Shown: positions 1-12,593, counted from the whole stretch's first letter. The stretch is DNA of 63,444 bases, filler included, from Octopus bimaculoides (GCF_001194135.2; 9 parts of 9 records of this genome joined end to end with filler, not necessarily neighbours in it); one strand, 5' to 3'. Made by a program: numbers and translations. Notes: generated from the sequence alone by a model not told the origin.

Positions 1-40
<40 letters not shown>
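1..40. repeat. (AC)n microsatellite
   Basis: Pure AC dinucleotide run at the window start; one of many (AC)n, (TA)n and (TACA)n tracts in the window. Confidence 0.95.
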
Positions 41-42
<2 letters not shown>

Positions 43-333
43 GTACTTCTTTGTTTGACGATTTTCTATTGGAAATTCCTTACATGTCTATATAACATGT
101 TAATCTTTTTAAGTCTCATTAGCAAATGAAACAGGTGTTATGGAGAATAAATAATACCCAAAATTTCCATTTTCTTGTTTTGTAATATATATGAGAACAA
201 ACATTAATATATATATATTAATGCTTGTTCTCATGTTCAGTTACATTAGAAACAATTTTACATTAATCTGGTGGATCACTCTATACTTTCGTAGCGTACA
301 AATTATAATTCTTATACGAGAATGTTGTTGACA

Positions 334-410
334 GTGACTTCGAAGTTTTCGCAAATTAAGCCATCGTTGGACTTCCGACGATTACTTAGATAGCCGAAAC
401 TCCGAAGTCC
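334..410. ncRNA. Two overlapping, inverted, degenerate hammerhead-like motifs (possible Penelope terminal remnant)
   Basis: Plus copy GGACTTC-CGACGA-TTACTTAGATAGCC-GAAAC-TCC-GAAGTCC (369-410) is closed by a 7-bp inverted repeat. A related copy lies on the minus strand at about 334-376. Both cores are mutated. Confidence 0.3.
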
Positions 411-1634
411 CCGTCAGCAACTATCTTATATATAAGGAAAATAAGACAAGGTAGAAAATGCTAAAATAATTTTGTCATAAAGTACATTTTGTAAAGGTTA
501 GTACCGGTTTCAGTCTTTTCGACTTTTTCAACTAAGAGTAAAATAAGAAAAACAATTAAATTGAAGAAAAAATAAATGAAATGTTTTGTAAATGTTTCAA
601 TAGCCTTAAAATAGGTAGGACATTTTCCTTTTTTCTGTCTCTCTTTCCTTTCTGAAGATTCGGTAGGTATTAGCAAATGAGAAGAAATAATGTTTATGAG
701 TGCAGAGAAGTGTTGGTTCTGAAGTTTGATGGTTTAAGCAGCAGTAGTCGAGGAAGAAGGAGAAAAAAAAGACGGGATAGACTGAAGAACAATAGACTGT
801 TCTTCATGGAATTTTCTTTAATGGTCAAGAGACCTATATATATATATATATTTCGAAACGCCTGTGTTAGAATGGGTGTAGCTGATGAAGTAAAATGTTC
901 TCTATGTGGCCTATGTGTATTCTGTACTCTGGTTATTATTTTTTTGTCTACGTTTTGTTTGCAATGTCCTGTACCTAGATATGCACCTATATATACAGGT
1001 AGACGTAGGTATGGATATACCTGTACGTATATATGCATATACTCATTTATTATTTGTTTTATATATATATNNNNNNNNNNNNNNNNNNNNNNNNNNNNNN
1101 NNNNNNNNNNNNNNNNNNNNNNNNNNNNNNNNNNNNNNNNNNNNNNNNNNNNNNNNNNNNNNNNNNNNNNNNNNNNNNNNNNNNNNNNNNNNNNNNNNNN
1201 NNNNNNNNNNNNNNNNNNNNNNNNNNNNNNNNNNNNNNNNNNNNNNNNNNNNNNNNNNNNNNNNNNNNNNNNNNNNNNNNNNNNNNNNNNNNNNNNNNNN
1301 NNNNNNNNNNNNNNNNNNNNNNNNNNNNNNNNNNNNNNNNNNNNNNNNNNNNNNNNNNNNNNNNNNNNNNNNNNNNNNNNNNNNNNNNNNNNNNNNNNNN
1401 NNNNNNNNNNNNNNNNNNNNNNNNNNNNNNNNNNNNNNNNNNNNNNNNNNNNNNNNNNNNNNNNNNNNNNNNNNNNNNNTATATATACGTACGTATGTAT
1501 ATATACATATTATATATGCATTGATATATATATATATATATATACACATATACGTACATACATAGGTATGTACACTTCCCTCTTCGGCCGAGCTCTCATA
1601 GAATTTTTCAAGTCTCACTTGAAAAGGAAATATC

Positions 1635-1990
1635 TGGTAGAATCGTCAGCACGCCGGGCAAAATGCTTAGCAGTATTTCGTCCGTTTTTACGTTCTGAAT
1701 CCAAATTCCGCCGAGGTCGACTTTGCCTTTCATCCTTTCAAGGTCGATAAATTAAGCACCAGTGAAACACTGGGGTCGATGTAATCGACTAGCCCCTTCC
1801 TAAAATTTCTGGCATTCTGCCTTTAGTAGAAAGGGTTATTATTATTATTCTTAAGGCGGCGACCTGGCCGAATCGTTAGCACGCCGGACAAAGTGCTTAC
1901 GACATTCCACCCGTCATTATTCGCTCAGTTCAAATACCGCCAAGGTCAACTTTGCCTTTCATCTTTTCGGGGTCAATAAATTAAGTTCCC
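1635..1990 (+). mobile_element. tRNA-derived SINE family 1, two tandem copies
   Basis: Pol III A/B-box-like head (GGCAGAATCGTTAGC...GTTCAAATTCC), body GGTCGACTTTGCCTTTCATCCTTTCGGGGTCGATAAA, (TTA)n tail. About 20 or more copies in the window. Confidence 0.85.
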
Positions 1991-2805
1991 CAGAGAACTG
2001 TAGACCTTATGCCAAAACTTAGAAAGAATTATTATTCTAGAAATATTTTATTCAATACGCTCTGCTCTTTACATCTTGAACATGATTTCAGAGAGATTTG
2101 GTTGTTGTTTCTAGCCGATCTTCTATCCTCCTCGAAGCTTTTTCGTTATCACATGCAGTACTACATTCAGCAGATTCTGCATTTTATTGTCTTGTTTGTT
2201 TATTCGTTTATTTTCGTTTATTGTTCTATTTTACAGCTTACGAGTTCTGTGTTTTGCTTCACATTATGAGGAAACTATAAAAAGTTCGCGCTGTTTTCTT
2301 TCGTTCTTTTTGTTTTGTTATTTTGTTTTGCTTCCTCGACACCGTTGTATGTCCCACCTCCACCACCACCACCTTACCTTAACACACACCCGTCGCTGCC
2401 GTCAGTTGGTAATGTCTATAGTGTACAGACGAGAATGAATAGGGTGGGACAAGAAGAAGAAGACGAAGAGGATGTTGATGATGACGACGAGGGTGAGGTG
2501 GTGGTAATGATGATGATGACGATGACGATGAGCAAATGGTGTCATGGTTGAGTTATGATAGTTTCTTGTGGTATCTGCCTCTTTGTTTTTTCTTTGAAGA
2601 ACTTTCAACCGTAGAACAACCCGATCAACACTCCATAAATACCCCACCACTTATACACTTTACGTTGCAGCTTCCATCTTCCTTTATTTGCTAATTCCTT
2701 AGAAAATAGCTTTTACAGTGTGTCTGTGCATACGAACACATACGCACACATACGCAAGTATGAATATATGTAAATATATATAGACACACACACATACACA
2801 CTCAT

Positions 2806-2859
<54 letters not shown>

Positions 2860-4534
2860 ACACATACATATATANNNNNNNNNNNNNNNNNNNNNNNNNN
2901 NNNNNNNNNNNNNNNNNNNNNNNNNNNNNNNNNNNNNNNNNNNNNNNNNNNNNNNNNNNNNNNNNNNNNNNNNNNNNNNNNNNNNNNNNNNNNNNNNNNN
3001 NNNNNNNNNNNNNNNNNNNNNNNNNNNNNNNNNNNNNNNNNNNNNNNNNNNNNNNNNNNNNNNNNNNNNNNNNNNNNNNNNNNNNNNNNNNNNNNNNNNN
3101 NNNNNNNNNNNNNNNNNNNNNNNNNNNNNNNNNNNNNNNNNNNNNNNNNNNNNNNNNNNNNNNNNNNNNNNNNNNNNNNNNNNNNNNNNNNNNNNNNNNN
3201 NNNNNNNNNNNNNNNNNNNNNNNNNNNNNNNNNNNNNNNNNNNNNNNNNNNNNNNNNNNNNNNNNNNNNNNNNNNNNNNNNNNNNNNNNNNNNNNNNNNN
3301 NNNNNNNNNNNNNNNNNNNNNNNNNNNNNNNNNNNNNNNNNNNNNNNNNNNNNNNNNNNNNNNNNNNNNNNNNNNNNNNNNNNNNNNNNNNNNNNNNNNN
3401 NNNNNNNNNNNNNNNNNNNNNNNNNNNNNNNNNNNNNNNNNNNNNNNNNNNNNNNNNNNNNNNNNNNNNNNNNNNNNNNNNNNNNNNNNNNNNNNNNGTG
3501 GATCAACCCACTACACAGAGGATTCCAAGGTGGCAAACACAAACCAAGATAGGAAAAAATGGACAGTGAAAACAACATTCAAAAGCCGTACGGCCAAACG
3601 CAAATCTGAGGTAGAACGCTAGTAGTTCGTCTTGCCTTCACAGCGGCTGGAGTGAAAAGAAAGTTGACCACAGGTCACACGAGAACAGAGAGGATGGTGG
3701 AGGGAGGAAGTGGAACAAGGAGGAAGGGACAGAAGGGTATAGCAGTGAAGTAGAGACCAGGACAGAGGGATAGATAGGAAGATAGAGGAAGACAGATAGA
3801 TAAATAGATAGAGAGGATGGTGTGTATGTGTGTGTGTGTGTGAAGAGAGAGAACGAGAAGGAGAGATTTGTGCCACAGAACTTTTGAAAAGTGCTGTGGC
3901 ACGAAACCATGCGTTCTTGAATAACTCGTGTAAATTCTCAGTCTATGAAAATATACAAAACACAGATATACAAAATATTATATTAAAAAGTTCTGGATCA
4001 CGTATAGAGTTCTCTTCCTCCCGTTTGTAAAGCCTAATGTACATACATACATACATACATACATACATACATACATACATGATAATAGTGTAAAAACTGA
4101 AAAGTGTAAAGTTTAAAGTGTAACCATAAAATTAGGTAGCAACACTCTTGCAAAATAGTCAGCAATGCCTGTGCGAATTTTATAGACTCTCTCTATGACC
4201 TACTGACATGATCCAGAGGCAAGATATATTATGCCACTATGAGTCGCAAGCTTAGGAATGTGGAAGCACCTTGATCTGAAGCGCAAGCAAAAAAGATCCA
4301 CAAAATATTCAATGTCGTTCTCTGCATATTTGGTTTTATATCAGTGTGACATTCTCCTAGGGACATTCTTCTAGGACAACAAAAGCTGAGGGGGTGTCTC
4401 ACTTCCGGTGGTCTTTCAGCACACCGGACACGAACCCGGGATTTCTGAGTGCTAGTGCTATAGATAAATAGTCGTTGAGCCGACAATGGATTCATCAGTA
4501 CATACTTAAATACATACATACATACATACATACA

Positions 4535-5045
4535 TTGAGACCTGATGCTTTAGCTAGGATTCTGTATAATGAGATCTGTGGGAAGGATAGCCACGAAGCC
4601 AAAGAAATAAGAACCTACAGTATGGCAGAAACCATAGCCAATCATAATAAAAATGAGTACTGGTGGAATGTCCCAGTGAAAACCTCAATAAAATGTAAAC
4701 ATAACTGACCAGACAGTAATTTGGGACAGAGAAGAGAAACTGTGGACACTTGTGGAAATTAGCTGTCCAGCGAATGTTAACATAAGGCTGAAGATCAAGG
4801 GAAAAGAAAATACCTATGCTGCACTATTGAGGAATCTACAGCTACTCTGTCCAGGTTACAAGTTTAGGTTTATATCTGTAATTATTGGGGCACTGGGAGC
4901 GATATGCAACACACTGTCCAAATACCAATCTTGAGAAATTAGGCTTCTCAAAAGGAGAAAGGAGAAAGCTGATTCGAAGACTACAGATCCAAGCTATCAC
5001 TGGAACTGCAAAAATCTGTAAAACTTTCCAGCAGTTTATCATTTA
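4535..5045 (+). mobile_element. R4/Dong-clade LINE 3' fragment (restriction-like endonuclease region), decayed
   Basis: Translates to ...DALARILYNEIC...YWWNVPVKTSIKCKHN*PD...VEISCPANVNI...VIIGALG, the PD-(D/E)xK RLE signature; frameshifted. Confidence 0.8.
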
Positions 5046-5154
5046 AGTATATATGAGTCAGCCTAGACATGCAATCTTATGCATGAGAATACATGCATAA
5101 AATAAAGCAGACAAATTTGCACATATGTATACATACAAAAATACCCCGCTGATG

Positions 5155-5367
5155 TTCTTTTCTACTCTAGGCACAAGGCCCGAAATCTGGGGCTAGGGTG
5201 TCAGTTGACTAGATCGACCCTAGTATGCAACTGGTACTTAAATTATCGACCCCGAAAAGATGAAAGGTAAAGTCGACCTCGGCGGAATTTGAACTCAGAA
5301 CGTAAAGACAGACGAAATAACGCTAAGCATTTCGCCCGGCGTGCTCACGTTTCTGCCAGCTCACCGC
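5155..5367 (-). mobile_element. SINE family 1 copy
   Basis: Reverse-complement match to the copies at 1635-1990. Confidence 0.85.
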
Positions 5368-5499
5368 GTTACCCCGCTGATGTTGAAATTCCAATGAAGA
5401 GACTTTGGATGTAGGTCAGAAACCGGCTCTATCTCTAATGGTAAGAAATCTTGAAATAAAACTAAATAACTACATACATCCATGCATTATTGGTTGTTG

Positions 5500-5876
5500 G
5501 TACTCCGTCGTTTACGACGTCGAGGGCTCCAGTTGATCCGATCAACGGAACAGACTGCTCGTAAAATTAACGTGCAAGTGGCTGAGCACTCCACACACAC
5601 GTGTACCCTTAACGTAGTTCTCGGGGATATTCAGCGTGACACAGTGTGACAAGGCTGACCCTTTGAATTACAGGCACAACAGGAACAAGAAGTAAGAGTG
5701 AGAGAAAGTTGTGGTGAATGAGTACAGCAGGGTTCGCCACCATCCCCTGCCAGAGCCTTATGGAGCTTTAGGTGTTTTCACTCAATAAACACTCACAATG
5801 CCCGGTCTGAGAATCGAAACCGTGATCCTATGACCGCGAGTCCGCTGCCCTAACTACTGGGCCATTGCGGCTCCAC
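5500..5876 (-). mobile_element. tRNA-derived SINE family 3 (about 380 bp), full length
   Basis: Reverse complement of the copy at 20039-20420; tRNA-like head GCAATGGCCCAGTAGTTAGGGCAGCGGACTCGCGG...GGTTTCGATTC. Confidence 0.85.
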
Positions 5877-6329
5877 TATCCAAGCATACTCGCATACATA
5901 CATACATACATACATACATACATACATACATACATACATACATTACTGATACAATATTTTACGCTTCACAGTTCAGTTTTGTACTGCTGAACGTATTTTA
6001 CTTCGTTTAGTGTCCATGTGAACTAAAGTCCAGAGTAGACATGAATATGCGTACGCGCGCACACACGTGCACACGTATACAAACACACACGCACGCACAC
6101 ACACACACACACACACGACATGTACATGTGTACACACACGCTAACAATGTATATATATATATATATATATATCTCACAGCGTTCATACACAATTTTTCCC
6201 GTCTGGCCGTATAGCCTTTTCTGTTTGTTTTCCTGTCTTGTTTTTTGTCTGCCACTACATTCCTCCAGGGCAAGGTTTAATTTGTGTATACAAATTTAAT
6301 TTGCGGTCCATGGGAAGAGCCGTTTTAGC

Positions 6330-6429
6330 NNNNNNNNNNNNNNNNNNNNNNNNNNNNNNNNNNNNNNNNNNNNTTAATTAATTAANNNNNNNNNNNNNNN
6401 NNNNNNNNNNNNNNNNNNNNNNNNNNNNN
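6330..6429. other. Artificial 100-bp scaffold join: N44 + TTAATTAATTAA + N44
   Basis: Identical construct also at 25704-25803, 30464-30563, 45382-45481, 47304-47403, 51106-51205, 59534-59633 and 62200-62299. The palindromic 12-mer has TAA in all six frames. Confidence 0.95.
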
Positions 6430-6471
<42 letters not shown>

Positions 6472-7203
6472 AAATCCACTCATATATATGTGTGTGTTTG
6501 TGTGTCGTTGTGTCTGTTTTTGTCTTTAACAGCTGTGTGACAACCGGTGTTAGTGTGTTTACATTTCCTTAACGTAGCGTTTCAGTCGTTAGAATAAGTA
6601 CCAGGCTTAAAAATAAAGTGCTGAAGTCGATTCGTTGAGGCGGTGCTCCAGGTTGGCCAAAGTCTAATGGCTAAAACAAGTAGAAGATAAAAGATATACA
6701 CGCTCACACTCACACAGGCCCACACACGCATTCGCAAGTACACAGATGCATAATCAAACAAACACATGCATAGACACACACGCATACACGCAAACGCACG
6801 CATGCATGAACATCCTTCCTTCTTTGCTTCCTTCCTAACTTCCTTCTGTACACAGGCGGTTTTCGTGTTATCGGATGATTGAATCCTTATTATTGATTAT
6901 TATGATCAGAAGTATCGATTAACTGATGATAACTCCCTTTTGACCTTTAGGTCAAAAAGTGTGATTCCAGCTTCTCACTTGGCTTTACCCATTGGAAAAA
7001 CATTTTAAGATAACGAAACACAAATCAGAACTACTGCTACTATTGATTGCAGAGGTCGGTCTGATGAACTGATCTGTGCTGCCTATGTACACCTTGGTAT
7101 ACGAGGTAATTTCGCAGCTGAGTGTTTTGGTTAAATATTGTACTAGTGCTATTAACTTGGTAGATATTATTACTATCACTATTGTTATATCTATTATTGT
7201 ATC

Positions 7204-7277
7204 GTCTTCTTCTTCTTCTTCTTCTTCTTCTTCTTCTTCTTCTTCTTCTTCTTCTTCTTCTTCTTCTTCTTCTTCTT

Positions 7278-7354
<77 letters not shown>

Positions 7355-7357
7355 TAC
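7204..7357. repeat. Compound (TTC)n-(TTA)n microsatellite
   Basis: Long pure TTC run directly followed by a TTA run; source of the poly-S/L/R/Y ORFs in the track. Confidence 0.95.
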
Positions 7358-7745
7358 TGGAAAGGTATAATTATTGGAAAGAATTGTTAGCACAGCAATA
7401 TAGTAAATTAGCTGCATACAAAACATACAAACCTAGCACGTAAACGTTATGGTAAATATTATTTTCTGCGACACCTACCGGCTATAATTAATTGTATTAC
7501 CTTGGATTCCTTATTAAACGTCATGAAGTTGCGAAGATAACACTACCATTGAGCGATTGGCCGCTTGGCTTTAGAAGTGTTTCAGCCGAAGTTTACCGTC
7601 AGTATATCTACTGCTAGAAATAGCACGGATTTTTATGTCGATAGGTATCTTGGGCAACAGTCTTCTACTATAGCCTCGGGCCCACCAAAGCCTTGTGAAT
7701 GGATTTGGTAGACGGAACTGACAGAAGTCCATAGTGTATATATAT

Positions 7746-7790
7746 ACGACGGGGTGCTGAAAAGTTTCTGGCTTTGAGTAACAGAAAATA
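7746..7790 (+). mobile_element. Possible mariner-type terminal inverted repeat remnant
   Basis: TA-CGACGGGGTGCTGAAAAGTTTCTGGCTTT resembles mariner TIRs; no partner end found. Confidence 0.35.
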
Positions 7791-7989
7791 CAGGAGGATC
7801 AGTTAATTGAACACCAGCTTGAAAGCTGCACTCCGTGCGGACTTTTCAGTTGGCTCCTGCGGAGTGATAATTGAGCCTGCAACCCAAAACTAATGAGAGA
7901 AATAATAATAAAGCATTTATTGGTATCCCACCATCTCAGATTTATATCACAGAGTATCACATTTGGAGAGTTTTGCATGATTGACATTT

Positions 7990-8325
7990 GGAGATCTCTG
8001 TAAAGTAGCAGGATAAACAATATTCTTAGTTTTATTATTTGGTGTGAGTATGAAGAGATTGTTGCCATTTCCAATTCTGGAACAACCAACATAGAACTGA
8101 CCATAGGAAAAGCACTGGAATAAACACATTTTCTCCCTTTCCTTGTCCAGTGAGGATTGTTGCTTCCAAAAGATGTGGATGCATTTGCTTGACAATCAGT
8201 CTTGTTCAATTGAACAACTTTGGGAGATCTAGATTTCTCAAAAGCATGATTGGAACTCCTTTCTTCAATGTCAGTTTGTGAGGAGGCATTCCTGGAGGAT
8301 CAAACGAGTTAAGAAACCCAGTAAT
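7990..8325 (-). mobile_element. Helitron Pif1-like helicase C-terminal fragment (pseudogenised)
   Basis: [67 protein letters not shown], then in a shifted frame CFSYGQFYVGCSRIGNGNNLFILTPNNKTKNIVYP; typical Helitron helicase C-terminal motifs. Confidence 0.88.
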
Positions 8326-8419
8326 TGTTATAGAAATATATATGTATAGATGTGTGTGTGTGCGTGTATGTGTGTTGGGGTGTTTACCTTCACGTAACCT
8401 AGCGGTTCCGTAAATTTTC

Positions 8420-8627
8420 AAATTTTGGTATACGGCCAGTATTTTCGGGGGAGGTGTGTAAGTCGGCTATATCAGCCCCAGCGCTCAACTGGTATTTATT
8501 TTATCGATCTCGAAAGGACAAAAGGCAAAGTCAACCTCCGCAGAATTTGAACTGAGAACGTAAAGACGGACGAAATACCACTAAGCGTTTTGTCCGGCAT
8601 GCTAACCATTTTGCCAGCTCGCTGCCC
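8420..8627 (-). mobile_element. SINE family 1 copy
   Basis: Reverse-complement match to the family body. Confidence 0.8.
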
Positions 8628-9313
8628 TCAATGAAAGACTTAATATTCATGACACAGCCCAATCATTGCTAAATCATTAGTTTTGTTATACACAGATACT
8701 GATTTACAGTAGCCATTGGAGAACGAGACATTTGTATCTGCGCTCAATGAGTCGTGTAGGAAGATAGCAACTCCTTTCTTTCATCTGCTGGTTCGTTATC
8801 TATATAGTAAATCATTTCACTTGTCGCAGACTAATGTCGCTGTGTGGTTAAATACATAATATCCCATCGGACGAACCTTGGTAACAATGGCCCTGCCAAT
8901 ACCGGTTGACACCCCCACCCAGATTCTTCTTCTTCTTCTCTTTCGCCTTCTTCTATTCGTTTTCTTCTCCTTCCATTTCTCCCTCCAATTTTTATACGTA
9001 TCCACCCTCTTGATCCCATCCCTCACATAATTTCTTCCCCACAGACCCATCCCTTATACACAATTTTAATTTTTTCCCCTCTTTATTTCCTTCCGATACT
9101 TTCATAACAACAAGGTCTGATATATGCACAATGTAATAGCATGACTTTGATGCAAATCTGAGGAAGTGCCTCTCCAATACCCAAAAGCGCATATATTACG
9201 TAATTTTTCTTTTAGAATTTTCTCGTACACTGGCGTTGCAAATGGACATGGTACGGAAACATATGTAACTTATAATCAAAGATGTGTTAAAGAATTTTAT
9301 TTGTCTTTTCATT

Positions 9314-9354
<41 letters not shown>

Positions 9355-9440
9355 GAGAATTTACGAAAAAACAACAACAGACGAGGACAGGTGGTGTAAA
9401 CAACAAAAGGATGTATTAGTTTAACGCTCGGGAATAGAGA

Positions 9441-9480
9441 AAGTCTTTAACGTTTCGAGCTACGCTCTTCAACAGAAAGA
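9441..9480 (-). ncRNA. Minimal type I hammerhead ribozyme-like motif (A6U variant) in a Penelope-type terminal repeat
   Basis: Minus strand reads TCTTT-CTGTTGA-A-GAGC-GTA-GCTC-GAAAC-GT-T-AAAGA: 5-bp stem I, near-canonical core, 4-bp stem II, palindromic ACGT stem III. Confidence 0.5.
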
Positions 9481-9639
9481 ATAAGGAGAAAACAAGGAGA
9501 AAAACACGGAGAAAAAAAATTGAATGTTGTGGTCAGCGATCTATATATATCTATCAGATATATATATTCTTTCGTTCTTTTATATGTTTCAGCCCTAAGG
9601 CTGTGGATATGCTGCAGCAACGCCAGTGTTATTACCTTT

Positions 9640-10275
9640 CCAACGGCCAATTGTATGTGTGTGGCTTTTGGTGAAGGAGGAGGTTCCACGCTGCTGCTCT
9701 CTTTTGAGTTTCCTGCCTTAATATCGGTTGGATAGCAGGAGATCAAGTTGTTTCTTGAAAACATATCCCTTATCCATGAAGATCCCTCAGATATTTTCGC
9801 AAGGCGTTAAATAGCTGTGGGCCCTTGAATCCCAAGCTTTTGCAGTACACGGTCCTAATTCTAGACGGAGTAGCTGGAACAGTGCTGTAACGTTCTGTTT
9901 GGGGGCTGGTATAACTCTCGATACCAAAGTTTGGTGCAAGCCTTTCCAGGATCTTCCATACCTATATCGTTGCATACCTCTCTCGTCTTCGTTCCATGAC
10001 TAGAGTTGTAGCTCTTTCAATCTCTCTCAGTAGCTCAGCTGTTCCATTGGTGCAATCTTCCTGATGTAGCACCGCTGAACTGCCTCAAGTTCCGCTATTA
10101 ATTTGACACTGTAGAGTGACCACAGTTGAGAGCAGTAGCTTAGACAGCTAAGTACAAATGTCCTCCATAGAACCAGTATGATTTTCTGGTCCCTTGTTCT
10201 GAAGGTTCTCAGAATCCATCCGGCCATTCGCCTGCACATTGTCACCATCTTGGTGATATGTATGCGAAACGAATA
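9640..10275 (-). mobile_element. CR1/L2-type LINE 3' fragment (RT C-terminal region), decayed
   Basis: ...CRRMAGWILRTFRTRDQKIILVLWRTFVLSCLSYCSQLWSLYSVKLIAELEAVQRCYIRKI...SY*ERLKEL... matches the CR1-like 'LEYCSQLWSP...LEAVQR...SYWERLK' pattern. Confidence 0.8.
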
Positions 10276-10321
10276 CATATGTTGTTATGAAAGTATCGGG
10301 AGGGAAAAATGTATATATATT

Positions 10322-11367
10322 TGTAGTGAAATTACCTACCGCCATTAGATACAAAACTGCTATCGCCATTCTTCTCATTTAAATATAAACAAACGCGAAC
10401 GTAGCGGAAAACATTAACCTTGTCATCACGTGACTGATCATTATTCGAATCGGCAACTTCTTCGAACCGTTCCCGCCAGAACGCAAACTGACCAATCACA
10501 GCCCTTAATAAGGTCACGTGATAGTGTTTTTCTGCAACCGTCTTGGAGCCCCCTTAACGCCTTAAATAGATCAACTCATACCCAACAATTTGTCTCGGTC
10601 CAGTTTCTCTTAGAGACTGTTCCGTGTTCCACACGACAGCAGCAGCAACAATCAGCCAGCGACCACTTCAACAGATTCGTCCAGCCAACGATGACCNNNN
10701 NNNNNNNNNNNNNNNNNNNNNNNNNNNNNNNNNNNNNNNNNNNNNNNNNNNNNNNNNNNNNNNNNNNNNNNNNNNNNNNNNNNNNNNNNNNNNNNNNNNN
10801 NNNNNNNNNNNNNNNNNNNNNNNNNNNNNNNNNNNNNNNNNNNNNNNNNNNNNNNNNNNNNNNNNNNNNNNNNNNNNNNNNNNNNNNNNNNNNNNNNNNN
10901 NNNNNNNNNNNNNNNNNNNNNNNNNNNNNNNNNNNNNNNNNNNNNNNNNNNNNNNNNNNNNNNNNNNNNNNNNNNNNNNNNNNNNNNNNNNNNNNNNNNN
11001 NNNNNNNNNNNNNNNNNNNNNNNNNNNNNNNNNNNNNNNATAATTCACATACACACACATGTATCACTCACATACATACTTTTCTTTATATGACGGCCTG
11101 TCTTTGATTATGTTCTTATATGTCGCATTCACACTCTCACATAGACATACACTTTAATGGCATAATAAATATCTCTGTTATTCATCTTATACGGTTGTGG
11201 TCTTTCATTACTGGTCATCTATGTTATCGTCGCATGACATATTTTGTATATCATCTTTGATATATTATTGTGTGTTCGACCGTGTGACACGTTTAAATAA
11301 AAGGAGTCCTCTGTTTTTCCATTCGTCACCATTTCTCCTTTTATGAGTTCGCACGGTCGTCCCTACA
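10322..11367. mobile_element. Solo LTR (Ty3/gypsy-like), about 1.05 kb including an N gap
   Basis: Begins TGTAG, ends CTACA (5-bp terminal inverted repeat, TG...CA), flanked by identical 4-bp TATT (10318-10321 and 11368-11371); internal AATAAA and TCACGTGA motifs. Confidence 0.65.
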
Positions 11368-11679
11368 TATTTATATCATGAACTCTGCTGTCGTTAGACG
11401 ACGTATGGCGGGTTCGGCAATTACTTATCGAACAACCACACAATGATCAAATGTTTGCGTACACATAAGATCATTCCCTCCATCAGATCGACATTACCTG
11501 TACAGGTAATATATATATTCACACACATATATGCATACATATTTACAAACACACACACACGTGCGCGCGCATATGTAAATGTGTACAAATATAAATACAC
11601 ATCCATATATATAGACATGTATACACTAACGTGATAGTATATACTTATGTATGTATGCATGTATGTGTTTATATAGCTA

Positions 11680-11830
<151 letters not shown>

Positions 11831-12519
11831 ATATATATACACATTGATATGCAGAAATACATACATAGACACACATTTATACTTAGACATGAATACGTAC
11901 ACGCGTGCGCGCACACAAACATACATAGATGTACATATATATGCACACATGTAGATACGTACATATATGCACGTTTACATTCATATACAATCATCTGACG
12001 TTACATCTGATACATCTGACGTTTTTATCCCTATCTCAATTAACAGTCTTAATCCTGACATTAGCCTTAACCTTGTATAAATCTCACACTCCGTCTTAGA
12101 TTAATCCCCTATTCCAGCCAGCAATCCCAACATTTCTAAACTCTAAATACATTACTTTGTCATCGATAACTAATTGTCTGTGAATTCACTGACCCAGACG
12201 ATAAAATGGCTGTTTGCCTGCACTTATTGCTGGTGAATAGCTTTTATATTTTGTTCATATTCTCCCCACCATCGTAGACAGCCCTAATTCAGTAGGCCTA
12301 TGATCAAAGACATTCCTGTCGTGAACATCCAGTCCTTATTCTCTTCAGGTAGAGTGTATCTAGGGGTACATTTAACGTGCTCTTCATCTTTTCAAGTTAG
12401 TAGGGTGAGATATAAAAGAAATGTGGCTGTTACTTTTAGCGAATGTTAGCCCAGTGGTTTGAATGTTGTGATCAAAAGTACTGTACTGTGTTCTGACTGT
12501 AATGTAAAAACTAGGGATC

Positions 12520-12593
<74 letters not shown>

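Noticed and set aside
677-1750. Long ORFs in the track that span N runs (also 2802-3578, 20564-21565, 27034-28271, 28702-29886, 45984-46572, 60335-60759)
   Set aside because: Their length comes from untranslatable N codons and flanking (TA)n tracts; there is no protein-like sequence.
7040-7426. Poly-R/S/L/I/Y/M/H ORFs (also 16663-16900, 18202-18594, 57389-57782, 61653-62255)
   Set aside because: Translations of microsatellites.
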